From Candidatus Yanofskybacteria bacterium RIFCSPHIGHO2_01_FULL_43_32 (GTDB lineage: Bacteria > Patescibacteriota > Minisyncoccia > 2-02-FULL-40-12 > GWA2-44-9): a stretch of DNA of 61,102 nucleotides. Below, one piece after another: positions 18,294 to 26,801 of this stretch. The position numbers and the translations under genes were made by a program. Location of the stretch: NCBI GenBank assembly GCA_001794125.1, contig MGJF01000004.1, forward strand, positions 1 to 61,102, read 5' to 3'. The notes beneath the pieces were generated by a model. That model was not told the DNA's origin. It ran no database searches and saw only the letters and a program-made list of their open reading frames with translations. Position 1 is the stretch's first letter. Each line of letters opens with the position of its first letter.

Positions 18294-18315
18294 CCGCCCA
18301 CTCGGGCGGTTTTTG
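18294..18315 (+). terminator. intrinsic terminator (identical to 16452-16473)
   Basis: ccgcccactcgggcggtttttg. Confidence 0.75.
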
Positions 18316-18325
18316 ATTATTTGGG

Positions 18326-18589
18326 TTGGGGGAGTATGATGAGGGTATGAAAAAGATTTTTGCCGAGATTGGTTTGGGAAATGAAACTTTTCTTTCTACT
18401 GAAATTGAGGAGAGCGATGGTGAGTATCGGATTTCTGGATTTATAATACCCAAGAAAATAAAAGGGTGTTATATACGCATTTGGGTTTTTAAAACTGTTT
18501 TTATTATATCTACTGATAATGGGTTTGAAATTAAGAAAAAAGATAAAAAAAGATTAAAAATAATTTTTGGTATTTCTGGGATAGAATAA
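18326..18589 (+). CDS. hypothetical protein
   Basis: 87-aa ORF (start may be ATG 18347). Confidence 0.5.
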   Translation: MGEYDEGMKKIFAEIGLGNETFLSTEIEESDGEYRISGFIIPKKIKGCYIRIWVFKTVFIISTDNGFEIKKKDKKRLKIIFGISGIE

Positions 18590-18674
18590 TTAAGATTAAC
18601 CCCAAAACTGCTGAAATCTGGGGCGACGACCGAATGTACGGAGAATGATGTTTTTATGATCCCCACACATATGA

Positions 18675-18704
18675 CATCCTTACAAACTGGAGTTTGTAAG
18701 GATG
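18675..18704. promoter_or_regulatory. 30-bp palindrome, putative operator
   Basis: catccttacaaact-gg-agtttgtaaggatg just upstream of TATAAT and the ArsR-like gene. Confidence 0.6.
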
Positions 18705-18723
18705 TTGTGTATATAATGTAGGC

Positions 18724-19014
18724 ATGGCAATATCAAAGATAAAGACTGCAAAACAAATGGAACGGCACCTCAAGGGAATGTCTAATCATTACCGCATTGA
18801 GATATTGCTTTTGATTGCGGAGAGCGGAGGCATAACCCTTGAGAACATTATTAAGGCGATAGGGGCAAATGAGAAAACTCTCGGGGAACATACACGACGA
18901 CTTCATCAGGCAGGATTAATTAATAAAAGATATCGGGGCAAATTTGTAGAGCATACCTTGTCACCATACGGCAAAGCATTTTCCCGCTTTCTTAAAACCT
19001 TCCAACAAACCTAA
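18724..19014 (+). CDS. ArsR/SmtB-like winged-helix regulator
   Basis: KGMSNHYRIEILLLI...TLGEHTRRLHQAGLI wHTH pattern. Confidence 0.8.
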   Translation: MAISKIKTAKQMERHLKGMSNHYRIEILLLIAESGGITLENIIKAIGANEKTLGEHTRRLHQAGLINKRYRGKFVEHTLSPYGKAFSRFLKTFQQT

Positions 19015-19030
19015 TGAGGCAACATAATAT

Positions 19031-19060
19031 CATCCTTACAAACTGGAGTTTATAAGGATG
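19031..19060. promoter_or_regulatory. second copy of the 30-bp palindrome
   Basis: catccttacaaactggagtttataaggatg, 1 mismatch to 18675-18704. Confidence 0.6.
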
Positions 19061-19094
19061 ATAAGAAGTTTAAAATAAATGCTATAATAAAAAT

Positions 19095-19520
19095 ATGAAT
19101 AAAATCTTTTGGAAAAGGATTGGGGTGGTGTTTGTGATTGCGCTTGTGGTAAGTGTGGGGGTCGACCGGTTTTGGGAGTGGGCGTTTCCGAACAGTTCAT
19201 CGCGTTGGGACACTACGACGGTTATCGCCGTGATACTCGCTTATGTTGTTATCATGTGGGGTCGGCGTGGAAAGGGTATTTGGTGCAAAGATAATGGTGT
19301 GGCGTCAGGGTTAAGTCAGCCGGAAATGAAAAAAGATGAAAATCTGGACAAGGTAATAGGGATGTTTAATTCGGGCAATGAGATAACCAATGATGAAGTT
19401 GAGAAAGCACTCGGGGTTTCGGACGCTACAGCGACCAGATATCTGGATAAACTGGAGGCCGAGGGCAAGATAGTCCAAATCGGCAAAGAAGGGAGATTTG
19501 TCAAATACCGCTTAAAATAG
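19095..19520 (+). CDS. 2-TM membrane protein with C-terminal winged HTH
   Basis: two hydrophobic segments, then ITNDEVEKALGVSDATATRYLDKLEAEG. Confidence 0.75.
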   Translation: MNKIFWKRIGVVFVIALVVSVGVDRFWEWAFPNSSSRWDTTTVIAVILAYVVIMWGRRGKGIWCKDNGVASGLSQPEMKKDENLDKVIGMFNSGNEITNDEVEKALGVSDATATRYLDKLEAEGKIVQIGKEGRFVKYRLK

Positions 19521-19527
19521 ACCGTCC

Positions 19528-19555
19528 TCAACGGCTCACATGTGTGAGCCGTTGA
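19528..19555. repeat. P28 copy (spacer catgtg, inverted relative to 11859 and 13247)
   Basis: tcaacggctcacatgtgtgagccgttga; right edge of the AT-rich island. Confidence 0.9.
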
Positions 19556-19583
19556 GGACTGGCCGCTTAGTTAATCATGTTTT

Positions 19584-19913
19584 ATGGATTTTAACGAATA
19601 TCAAAAACAATCACGGAAGACGGCTATATATCCGGACAAGGGGAAGAATTATATTTATCCCGCTTTGGGATTGGGCGGGGAGTCCGGCGAGGTTTTGGAA
19701 AAGATTAAGAAGCTTATCAGAGACAAGAACGGCAAAGTTGATAAAGAGTTTTTGGTTCTATTGGAGAAAGAGCTTGGAGACATGCTGTGGTATCTTGCCA
19801 ACCTGGCTTCCGAATTCAAAATTAAGTTAGATATTATTGCCATAAATAATCTCAAAAAACTTGCAGACCGCAAGAAGCGTAATAAACTAAGAGGGGAGGG
19901 CGACCTGCGCTAA
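19584..19913 (+). CDS. MazG-like nucleoside triphosphate pyrophosphohydrolase
   Basis: LGLGGESGEVLEKIKK...KELGDMLWY. Confidence 0.9.
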   Translation: MDFNEYQKQSRKTAIYPDKGKNYIYPALGLGGESGEVLEKIKKLIRDKNGKVDKEFLVLLEKELGDMLWYLANLASEFKIKLDIIAINNLKKLADRKKRNKLRGEGDLR

Positions 19914-19969
19914 ACCGGCCCGAAAAAGCCGATTTTGTTTTTAGGGAAAAATGATATAGTAACTCCGAT

Positions 19970-20458
19970 ATGTCTAAAGAAAAACTTAAAATTGACAATG
20001 AACTGGCTAAAGAATTTGACGGGTTGATACGGGAAGAAGGCCGGAAGATAGAACCCGAAGAACGAATCCAAAAGACCCTGTGGGCTTTGGATGCGTTAAA
20101 ACAAGAGAACAGGATAAAACCCGGGACGACGCTGACGGAACTTATACGAATTATTGAGGAAAGGCAGAGGGAATTACGGCAGACCGATGCCTATGCCAAA
20201 GATACCGCTGAAAGCCCGGTTAGAGATGAAGTTGGCGCCGAACTGCAAAAGGTTGCCGAAAAGGAGTTTGAAACGGCCGAACGGTTGCTCGGCTATTTGA
20301 ACGCCGCCTGGTCCGTATTAAAGCCGATGGACATGACAGCGTATGATTCGGAAATCGACTTGGGCCAGCTGCAAGCCAGATTAAAAAGAGACCTTGCGTT
20401 AAGAGAAGCCAATGTTAATCGTGATGAAAAAGAAAAGCGGGGACGGAAACAGGGGTAA
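19970..20458 (+). CDS. hypothetical alpha-helical protein
   Basis: 162-aa charged ORF with upstream -10 box. Confidence 0.7.
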   Translation: MSKEKLKIDNELAKEFDGLIREEGRKIEPEERIQKTLWALDALKQENRIKPGTTLTELIRIIEERQRELRQTDAYAKDTAESPVRDEVGAELQKVAEKEFETAERLLGYLNAAWSVLKPMDMTAYDSEIDLGQLQARLKRDLALREANVNRDEKEKRGRKQG

Positions 20459-20497
20459 TTTGATTTTTTTACCGAAAAGTATGTATACTATATAGGT

Positions 20498-22702
20498 ATG
20501 GCGAGGCATAAAAAGAAAGATAAATCAGCAAAATCCAAGGAAGAGCGGGTGTCAAAGTTTGATATTTCCCGGGAAACCAAGAACAGCATCTGGGGCATAG
20601 GGAGTTTTATATTGGCCGTTTTGAGCGTCTTAAGCTTTGTCGGCAAAGCCGGCTGGGCCGGCGAGGGGTTTGATATTTTCGCGCGTTCTCTTTTTGGCTG
20701 GGGATTTTTTATTGTTCCGGCGGCTTTTCTTCTTCTCGGCCTTTCTTTTGTTAAATCAATATCAAGAAATATCTATCATAGCGCGGTATTCGGAACCTTG
20801 CTTTTCGTCTCATCTGTTCTGGGAATGTTTTACATATTCGGGAACGGTAATTTTGACACAAGACTGGTTCAGGGCGGATATCTCGGAGTTATTCTTGGGG
20901 CGCCTCTTTTGTCTTCCGTTGGTTTCGGGGCCTCATTGATAATTTTGCTTTCTTTAATCATCATTGCCTTGTTGGTATCCTTGAATGTCCCGCTTTACGG
21001 ACTGCTTTCCAAAAAGGACGAGGAGGAAGAAAAATTAGTTGACAATGTCGTGATTAAAAAAGGTTCCGAAGTTGTTGACCAGAAAAAACAATCAGTTAAG
21101 CCGGCTCTTGCCGCTAAGCCCGTAAAGGTTGAAGAAAAAGAATTCGTCATCAAGAATTTCAAAAAAGGCAGATGGGTTCTTCCGCCAACCGACCTTCTGC
21201 ACGAAGACCAGGAAGAAGCGATTACCGGAGACATTAACACCAGCGCATCCATAATCAAGAGAACTTTGGGCAACTTCGGGATTGATGTGGAAATGGGTGA
21301 AGTATCAATCGGCCCTACGGTTACCCAATTTACAATGAGACCGGCGGTTGGCATGAAACTATCGCGCATTACGGCGCTGAACCCCGATCTGTCTTTGGCT
21401 TTGGCCGCTTATCCAATCAGGATTGAAGCTCCAATTCCGGGCAAGTCCTTAGTCGGCATAGAAGTTCCCAACAAAAAGGTGGCGTTGATAGGTTTGAGAA
21501 ACATGTTTGACCACGATGACTTTAAGAAATCAAAATATTTCCTGCCTCTTGCTTTGGGACGGGATGTTTCGGGAAATCCGGTTTTTGCCGGACTTGAAAA
21601 AATGCCCCACCTCATGATTGCGGGCGCGACCGGCACCGGTAAATCCGTCAGCATCAACACGATACTTCTTTCCATGCTTTATAAACATTCTCCCGAAGTT
21701 TTGAAATTGATTCTGATTGACCCGAAGCGCGTGGAGCTTACCCTGTTCAACGATATCCCGCATCTGATAACCCCGGTCATTACCGATAACAAAAAAGTTC
21801 TCGGAGCTTTGAAGTGGTCCTTGGGTGAAATGGACAGGAGATATGACGCGCTTTCAAAGAGCGGTTCCAAAGACATATTTTCATACAATGCAAAAATGGC
21901 TAGCAAGAGTGAAGCCGACCTGCCTGCCGGCAGGCAGGTAATGCCGGCTATCGTGATTGTTATAGACGAGTTAGCCGATTTGATGGCCTCATACGGGCGC
22001 GACGTAGAAGCGGCTATCGTGCGTCTGGCTCAGATGTCCCGGGCGGTGGGAATACATCTCATTTTGTCCACCCAGAGGCCTTCGGTCGAGGTTATCACCG
22101 GACTTATCAAAGCCAACATCACTTCCCGTGTGGCTCTTCAAGTGGCCAGCCAGATAGACTCCAGAACTATTCTTGATATGGCCGGAGCCGAGAAGCTTCT
22201 TGGTAAGGGAGATATGCTTTTCTTGGCCGGCGACGTGGCTAAGCCACGCCGATTGCAGGGCGCAATGGTGACTGAAAAAGAAGTCAAAGACGTCATGAAA
22301 TTCATCAAAGCCCAGGCCGAGAATATGGAAGTGGACGAAGAAAATGATTTGAAACTTGATTTTAATGCGAATATCAATTCCAGCGGAGGATTTACCGGCG
22401 GGGGAAGTGATGATGTCGACGATGATATGTATGGCGAAGCAAAGGAGACAGTTGTCTTGGCCGGCAAGGCCTCGGCGTCGCTTTTGCAAAGGCGTCTGCG
22501 CGTCGGATATGCCCGGGCCGCCCGATTGCTGGATATTCTTGAAGAAAAGGGCATTATCGGGCCGGGGGATGGCGCCAAACCCAGAGAAGTCTATATCAGG
22601 CCTGACGGCACGGTAGCCCAGGAACCGGCTAATCTGGTCGGAGCAAGCGGAATAAACGCAGACACTCCCGAAGCAGAAGCTGAAGAGACAGAAGAGGTGT
22701 AA
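20498..22702 (+). CDS. ftsK: DNA translocase FtsK
   Basis: N-terminal TMs, PHLMIAGATGTGKS, STQRPS, C-terminal gamma domain ASASLLQRRLRVGYARAAR. Confidence 0.97.
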   Translation: MARHKKKDKSAKSKEERVSKFDISRETKNSIWGIGSFILAVLSVLSFVGKAGWAGEGFDIFARSLFGWGFFIVPAAFLLLGLSFVKSISRNIYHSAVFGTLLFVSSVLGMFYIFGNGNFDTRLVQGGYLGVILGAPLLSSVGFGASLIILLSLIIIALLVSLNVPLYGLLSKKDEEEEKLVDNVVIKKGSEVVDQKKQSVKPALAAKPVKVEEKEFVIKNFKKGRWVLPPTDLLHEDQEEAITGDINTSASIIKRTLGNFGIDVEMGEVSIGPTVTQFTMRPAVGMKLSRITALNPDLSLALAAYPIRIEAPIPGKSLVGIEVPNKKVALIGLRNMFDHDDFKKSKYFLPLALGRDVSGNPVFAGLEKMPHLMIAGATGTGKSVSINTILLSMLYKHSPEVLKLILIDPKRVELTLFNDIPHLITPVITDNKKVLGALKWSLGEMDRRYDALSKSGSKDIFSYNAKMASKSEADLPAGRQVMPAIVIVIDELADLMASYGRDVEAAIVRLAQMSRAVGIHLILSTQRPSVEVITGLIKANITSRVALQVASQIDSRTILDMAGAEKLLGKGDMLFLAGDVAKPRRLQGAMVTEKEVKDVMKFIKAQAENMEVDEENDLKLDFNANINSSGGFTGGGSDDVDDDMYGEAKETVVLAGKASASLLQRRLRVGYARAARLLDILEEKGIIGPGDGAKPREVYIRPDGTVAQEPANLVGASGINADTPEAEAEETEEV
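21918..21939. repeat. in-frame CCTGCCTGCCGGCAGGCAGG palindrome in ftsK (encodes LPAGRQ)
   Basis: same palindrome at 26288-26307 and 44070-44091. Confidence 0.8.
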
Positions 22703-22805
22703 TGTGAATTTTAAAAAAGCAATGTGTCAACATTGCTTTTTTATTTATATCTATTAAAATAGGAAGATAAATTTAAAACCGCTTTGAGGGAAGCGTCTCA
22801 ATAAA

Positions 22806-23813
22806 ATGTCAGCCAAGAAACCGGCAACAACCGAAAACAAGCACGTCGATATGACAGTCAAAGAGATTCAGGAGAAGTATGGCGAAGGGTCTTTAATGCG
22901 TTTGGGTGAGGTAAAGAGGGTCAATGTGGACGTAATTCCGACAGGTTCTATTTCTTTAGACTTAGCCTTAGGAGTAGGTGGAATACCAAGAGGCAGAGTT
23001 ATAGAAATATACGGTCCTGAAAGTTCCGGTAAGACAACCCTTTGTTTGCATATTGTTGCCGAAGCCCAAAAAAGGGGCGGAGTCGCCGCATACATTGACG
23101 CTGAACACGCTCTGGATCCTGAATATGCCAAGAAGATAGGGGTTAATTTGGGAAACCTTTTGATATCCCAACCGGATACTGGCGAACAGGCGTTAGATAT
23201 AGTAGAGTCATTGGTTAAATCAGGAGGTATAGATGTTATCGTGATTGATTCAGTGGCGGCACTGACCCCGAGAGCGGAAATAGAGGGGGAGATGGACCAG
23301 CAGCATATGGGTTTGCAAGCAAGGTTGATGTCTCACGCTTTGAGAAAACTTACCGCTATTGTTGCCAAGTCCAATACCTCAATAATTTTTATTAACCAAT
23401 TAAGAATGAAGATTGGAATCATGTTTGGAAATCCCGAGACGACTCCGGGCGGAATGGCTTTGAAATTTTATTCTTCCGTCAGAATTGAAATTAGAAAAGC
23501 CGCCCAGATACAGGCTGCCGAAAAGATAGTGGGGAACAGGGTTAAGGTGAAAATAGTTAAGAACAAAATTGCCCCTCCGTTCAGAACTTGCGAGTTTGAT
23601 ATCCTGTATAACGAAGGCATCTCGCGATATTCCGATGTCGTGAATACCGGAGTTAAATTTGGTGTTCTTGCCAAAGCAGGCAGCTGGTATAATTATGGCG
23701 AGCAAAAATTAGGCCAAGGCGTAGAGGGCTCGCGGCAATTTCTCAAAGAAAATCCAAAGCTTGAAAAGGAGATAGTGGGCAAGATTAAAGAAGCAGCAAT
23801 ATTAGAAGCTTAG
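22806..23813 (+). CDS. recA: recombinase RecA
   Basis: [31 protein letters not shown]. Confidence 0.99.
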   Translation: MSAKKPATTENKHVDMTVKEIQEKYGEGSLMRLGEVKRVNVDVIPTGSISLDLALGVGGIPRGRVIEIYGPESSGKTTLCLHIVAEAQKRGGVAAYIDAEHALDPEYAKKIGVNLGNLLISQPDTGEQALDIVESLVKSGGIDVIVIDSVAALTPRAEIEGEMDQQHMGLQARLMSHALRKLTAIVAKSNTSIIFINQLRMKIGIMFGNPETTPGGMALKFYSSVRIEIRKAAQIQAAEKIVGNRVKVKIVKNKIAPPFRTCEFDILYNEGISRYSDVVNTGVKFGVLAKAGSWYNYGEQKLGQGVEGSRQFLKENPKLEKEIVGKIKEAAILEA

Positions 23814-23818
23814 AGCTT

Positions 23819-23880
23819 GCCCCGCACCAAACTTATCCGCTAACCGCCATTAAGAAAGGGGGCGGGTTTGGTGCGGGGTC
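23819..23880. repeat. ~63-bp CCCCGCACCAA...TTGGTGCGGGG hairpin element, copy 1
   Basis: homologous to 27621-27685 and 38268-38330. Confidence 0.85.
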
Positions 23881-23927
23881 ACTAAAATTAAGGCCGCAGC
23901 AGTACTTGAAGCGAAGGGTTAAGCGAA

Positions 23928-24379
23928 CCCCCACCCATTTCCGACCTGTTGGATTACGGCCTCCGGCCTTCTTCGGACAAATGCTTAAATTAACTCTCAA
24001 TTTGCTTAACAAATTTTAGCATCCGTTTGCCCCGCCTAAATTTTACCTTATAAAACTTAGGCGGGTTTTCCGGCTAAAATTTGTTGACTAAGCAAATTAT
24101 CAACTAATTTAATCATTGTGTTATCCTCGAAACCAATCGGTCTGAAATGGGCAGGGGTTTCGCTATTTTTTAAAGCGAGGGACATATGCCCTCAGAGAAC
24201 GACCCGCAGATGCTTGGGCTTGGTTCTTCCAAGCGCCGAGGGAGAAGAAAGATTTGCCGCTGGAGCAAATCTATTCTGGTTCGAGGAAGGCATGTGGCCT
24301 TCGCAGTTTTTAAATCAAGCGAAATCCCTTCCCATTTGAGACCGAAGGCGCAGGCAATAGGTCGTAAATGGGTGGGTGG
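23928..24379. ncRNA. candidate large structured element with possible pseudoknot
   Basis: closing stem 23928-23950/24356-24379 plus several long internal stems; no credible ORF. Confidence 0.5.
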
Positions 24380-24400
24380 AAGCTATGTTTTAAGGCGGGG

Positions 24401-24429
24401 TTGACATTTTGGTTTTAGGAGAGTATAAT
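24401..24429 (+). promoter_or_regulatory. consensus sigma70 promoter
   Basis: TTGACA-N17-TATAAT exact. Confidence 0.85.
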
Positions 24430-24590
24430 GATAAAGTACCTGGCCAAGGCTTACCGCATAAAGGCGTGGCTGGGTTTGTAATCAACAAAGGGGTAGTTGG
24501 TGCGGCTGCTACCGCCGTTACCGCCGGGCCAATAATTAGGCGGAAAGGATAAGACCGCTCTCCTTAAGAAGCGGTCACTCTGGAGGTCCC

Positions 24591-24692
24591 ATGAAGACAG
24601 TTGTCGTCAGTGGTCAGGTTTACACCGGCAAAACTCTGGCCGAAGCCATGACCAAGGCTCGGGAAGACCAGAAGGACAGGAACACCCGGTAA
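24591..24692 (+). CDS. 33-aa small ORF MKTVVVSGQVYTGKTLAEAMTKAREDQKDRNTR
   Basis: GGAGG 4 nt before ATG; below the ORF-track cutoff. Confidence 0.45.
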   Translation: MKTVVVSGQVYTGKTLAEAMTKAREDQKDRNTR

Positions 24693-24902
24693 GGGTCAGG
24701 CCGAGTGGCCAGGCCGAGTTGTTAACTCGGTCTCTCTAAACTAACTTCTGAAAAAATTCAGAACTTAATTTAGCGAGGCCTGGGGTGTCCCTTACCTTTC
24801 CGAAAGGTGAGGGACTATGGTCGGGAAAATCTGCCGGGCGGTAATCCTGCCGCTCGGGTGGCTCCCGGTCATTCTCCTGCTCCAGCCTCGCTCCGTTTCT
24901 CG

Positions 24903-24927
24903 AGACCCCTTGACTGGGGTCTTTTTT
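24903..24927 (+). terminator. intrinsic terminator
   Basis: agacccc-ttgact-ggggtct plus T-run. Confidence 0.8.
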
Positions 24928-25017
24928 AATTAAAATGATAAAGCGAAAGCTATGTTCCCACAGGGAGAACTTGCGGAGGCATTTCGGCTTGGTTCTGCGA
25001 AATGCCGAGCATGTAGA

Positions 25018-25046
25018 TAAAAAGCGCCCGCTGGAGGCGCTTTATT
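25018..25046. terminator. bidirectional terminator downstream of rpsR
   Basis: aaaaagcgcc-cgctgga-ggcgcttt. Confidence 0.7.
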
Positions 25047-25079
25047 ATCGGTCGAGTCGTGGGGATATAGCTTGAGCGA

Positions 25080-25289
25080 TTATTTAACCGTCTGATTCCG
25101 GGTATACGGCATGATGGCCATGAACCTTGCGAGTTTGACCGCTTCGGCTATTTTGCGCTGGTGCTTGTTGCAAAGCTGATTTCTCCGGCTTGTGGCAATC
25201 TTAAACTGGGAAGTGACATACTTCCTTAAAAATTGAGTGTTCTTATAGTCCACTCTGTTTATATTGTCTTGGCAAAATTTACATTCCAT
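25080..25289 (-). CDS. rpsR: 30S ribosomal protein S18
   Basis: VDYKNTQFLRKYVT...CNKHQRKIAEAVKLARFMAIMPY. Confidence 0.95.
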   Translation of the reverse strand: MECKFCQDNINRVDYKNTQFLRKYVTSQFKIATSRRNQLCNKHQRKIAEAVKLARFMAIMPYTRNQTVK

Positions 25290-25291
25290 AT

Positions 25292-25807
25292 TTAAAACGG
25301 TAAATCTTTTTCTTTAATACTCATTTCGTCCTCGTCAACCCCAGAATGCATCGGTTCGTTCTCGTCTATGATTGGTATCTCGGCATCTTTAACAGGTGAC
25401 GGAGAAGAACTTCGTCCTGAGCCTGTCGAAGGATTTTTAATGTCAGTTACTTCGGCAGAATAATTACTCTGTCCGCCTGTTGCCTTCGGTCCCATCTGCA
25501 AACTCTCGGCGACTATCTCGGTAACATATCTTTTGACATTATCTTTTCCGGTCCAGTTTCTTGTCTGAAGACGGCCCTCTATCATGACCAAACCGCCTTT
25601 TCTCAAATACTGGCTGGCAATCTCTCCCAACCGGCTCCAGGCGATTACGGTGTGGTATTCGGTGGCATCTTTTCTGCCTCCGGAAGGATCTTTCCAGACC
25701 CTGTTTGTGGCCATTCTCAAGGTAGTAACGCTTTGACCGCTTGTGGTTGACCTCGTTTCCGGGTCTTGGGTTAATCTTCCAATGAGGTAAACTTTATTTA
25801 GATTCAT
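25292..25807 (-). CDS. ssb: single-stranded DNA-binding protein
   Basis: NKVYLIGRLTQDPE, EGRLQTRNW, C-terminal DLPF. Confidence 0.97.
   Translation of the reverse strand: MNLNKVYLIGRLTQDPETRSTTSGQSVTTLRMATNRVWKDPSGGRKDATEYHTVIAWSRLGEIASQYLRKGGLVMIEGRLQTRNWTGKDNVKRYVTEIVAESLQMGPKATGGQSNYSAEVTDIKNPSTGSGRSSSPSPVKDAEIPIIDENEPMHSGVDEDEMSIKEKDLPF
25410..25432 (-). repeat. in-frame CCTTCGACAGGCTCAGG element in ssb (encodes PSTGSG)
   Basis: same family as the rpoC, groEL and 54658 copies. Confidence 0.75.
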
Positions 25808-25821
25808 ATTGTTTTATTTAA

Positions 25822-26268
25822 TTACAACCCCTCAATGATTTCTTCAAGTTTTTTGTCCAATTCTTTCGACTCTTTTTTGGGTTCTGCCGGAGCGGAAGCC
25901 TTGGCCTGGGCTCTTTTTTCCTGTCTTTCTCTCATCTTAATCTGTTTTAACATGGACTGTTTCTTTTGTAAATCCGAAGGCAGTTTGATTATCAGATATC
26001 TCAATACTTCGGGATTTAATTTAAGCTGTTCATTTAATTCGTCTAAGGCCTGGGATTCCGACAAATTAAACTGGATATAACCAAAAAAACTGTTTCCGTG
26101 ATGTTTTATCTCGTAAGATAAGCGTATTTTTTCGGGTTCTTTAGAATAAGAAATAACACCCTTATTGGAGGTTATAATGCTTTCTATTTTTTCTTTTGCT
26201 TCCCTGACTTTGGCTTCTTCCAGATTTGGATTTAAATGAAAGGCCAGCTCGTAATTTGTCTGTTGCAC
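25822..26268 (-). CDS. rpsF: 30S ribosomal protein S6
   Basis: YELAFHLNP...LSYEIKH..FGYIQF...NPEVLRYLII; rpsF-ssb-rpsR order. Confidence 0.93.
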   Translation of the reverse strand: MQQTNYELAFHLNPNLEEAKVREAKEKIESIITSNKGVISYSKEPEKIRLSYEIKHHGNSFFGYIQFNLSESQALDELNEQLKLNPEVLRYLIIKLPSDLQKKQSMLKQIKMRERQEKRAQAKASAPAEPKKESKELDKKLEEIIEGL

Positions 26269-26308
26269 TTGTGGATCGTTTTGAGTCCCTGCCTGCCGGC
26301 AGGCAGGC

Positions 26309-26360
26309 GGCAGATGGAGCCAGAAGTGGCTACAATGGGTCCGCTCCGAGCGGATCTGCC
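26309..26360 (-). promoter_or_regulatory. putative S6:S18 autoregulatory leader
   Basis: ggcagat/atctgcc closing stem, two hairpins and an unpaired CCC, between the promoter and rpsF. Confidence 0.5.
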
Positions 26361-26418
26361 TTGGGCGAAAAACGTGTTTATTAATGTGGCCTTATATTAG
26401 CAATTTGGGGTTCAAATG

Positions 26419-26446
26419 TCAACGGCTCACATATGTGAGCCGTTGA
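26419..26446. repeat. P28 copy (spacer catatg); left arm overlaps the rpsF -35 box
   Basis: minus strand reads TTGACA-N17-TAATAT toward rpsF. Confidence 0.85.
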
Positions 26447-26455
26447 TTTGTTGCA

Positions 26456-26588
26456 GAATAGTTCACACAACCTCCATGCATACGGAGGGAGACGTCTTTT
26501 TAAAAATTTACTAATTTTGTAAAAAGTGTCTCCCTCCGCTGGTTGCTTTGGTTGTTAAGTGATGATTGGCACTAGAAGGTCAAACTCT
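26456..26588 (+). repeat. element E, copy 3
   Basis: near-identical to copy 2. Confidence 0.85.
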
Positions 26589-26801
26589 CTCTGATATTTT
26601 CAAGTCAAAATTATTACCCCTATGTCCAGTGTAGGGGTAGATTTATTATTTTGGAATACATATCCAATCAACTTCAGCTCTTGATTCGCCTCGTCAAAGT
26701 GATTCGAAATGATGAGGCTGCGCTTGATACTCCAATGCTTGCTTTATTTAAAACATATTGTATAATAAAGTAGCTTAGTTCTTTTAAGGAATGGGTGACG
26801 G

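Larger units (their letters stand above)
24436..24927 (+). ncRNA. candidate ~490-nt structured transcript (contains a small ORF)
   Basis: bounded by a perfect promoter and a terminator; many GC-rich hairpins. Confidence 0.55.

Noticed and set aside
23928-24379. Group I intron
   Set aside because: The ACGACC/GGTCGT P7-like pair exists, but helix order does not match P3-P7 topology on either strand and no host gene is interrupted
24118-24404. ORFs 24118-24339 and 24186-24404
   Set aside because: No RBS or homology features; they lie across the paired stems and look like chance ORFs
24436-24927. RNase P RNA, tmRNA, SRP or 6S identity
   Set aside because: No GAGGAAAGUCC, no tRNA-like ends, no SRP helix-8 motif; a divergent form cannot be excluded without Infernal
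24817-24933. Second 38-aa ORF in the structured transcript
   Set aside because: Its start is sequestered next to a hairpin and it reads through the terminator
11859-26446. P28 or other repeats as a CRISPR array
   Set aside because: Spacing is hundreds to thousands of bp with whole genes in between; no cas genes
26590-26750. Possible gene remnant on the minus strand
   Set aside because: No start codon and interrupted by stops; no recognisable family
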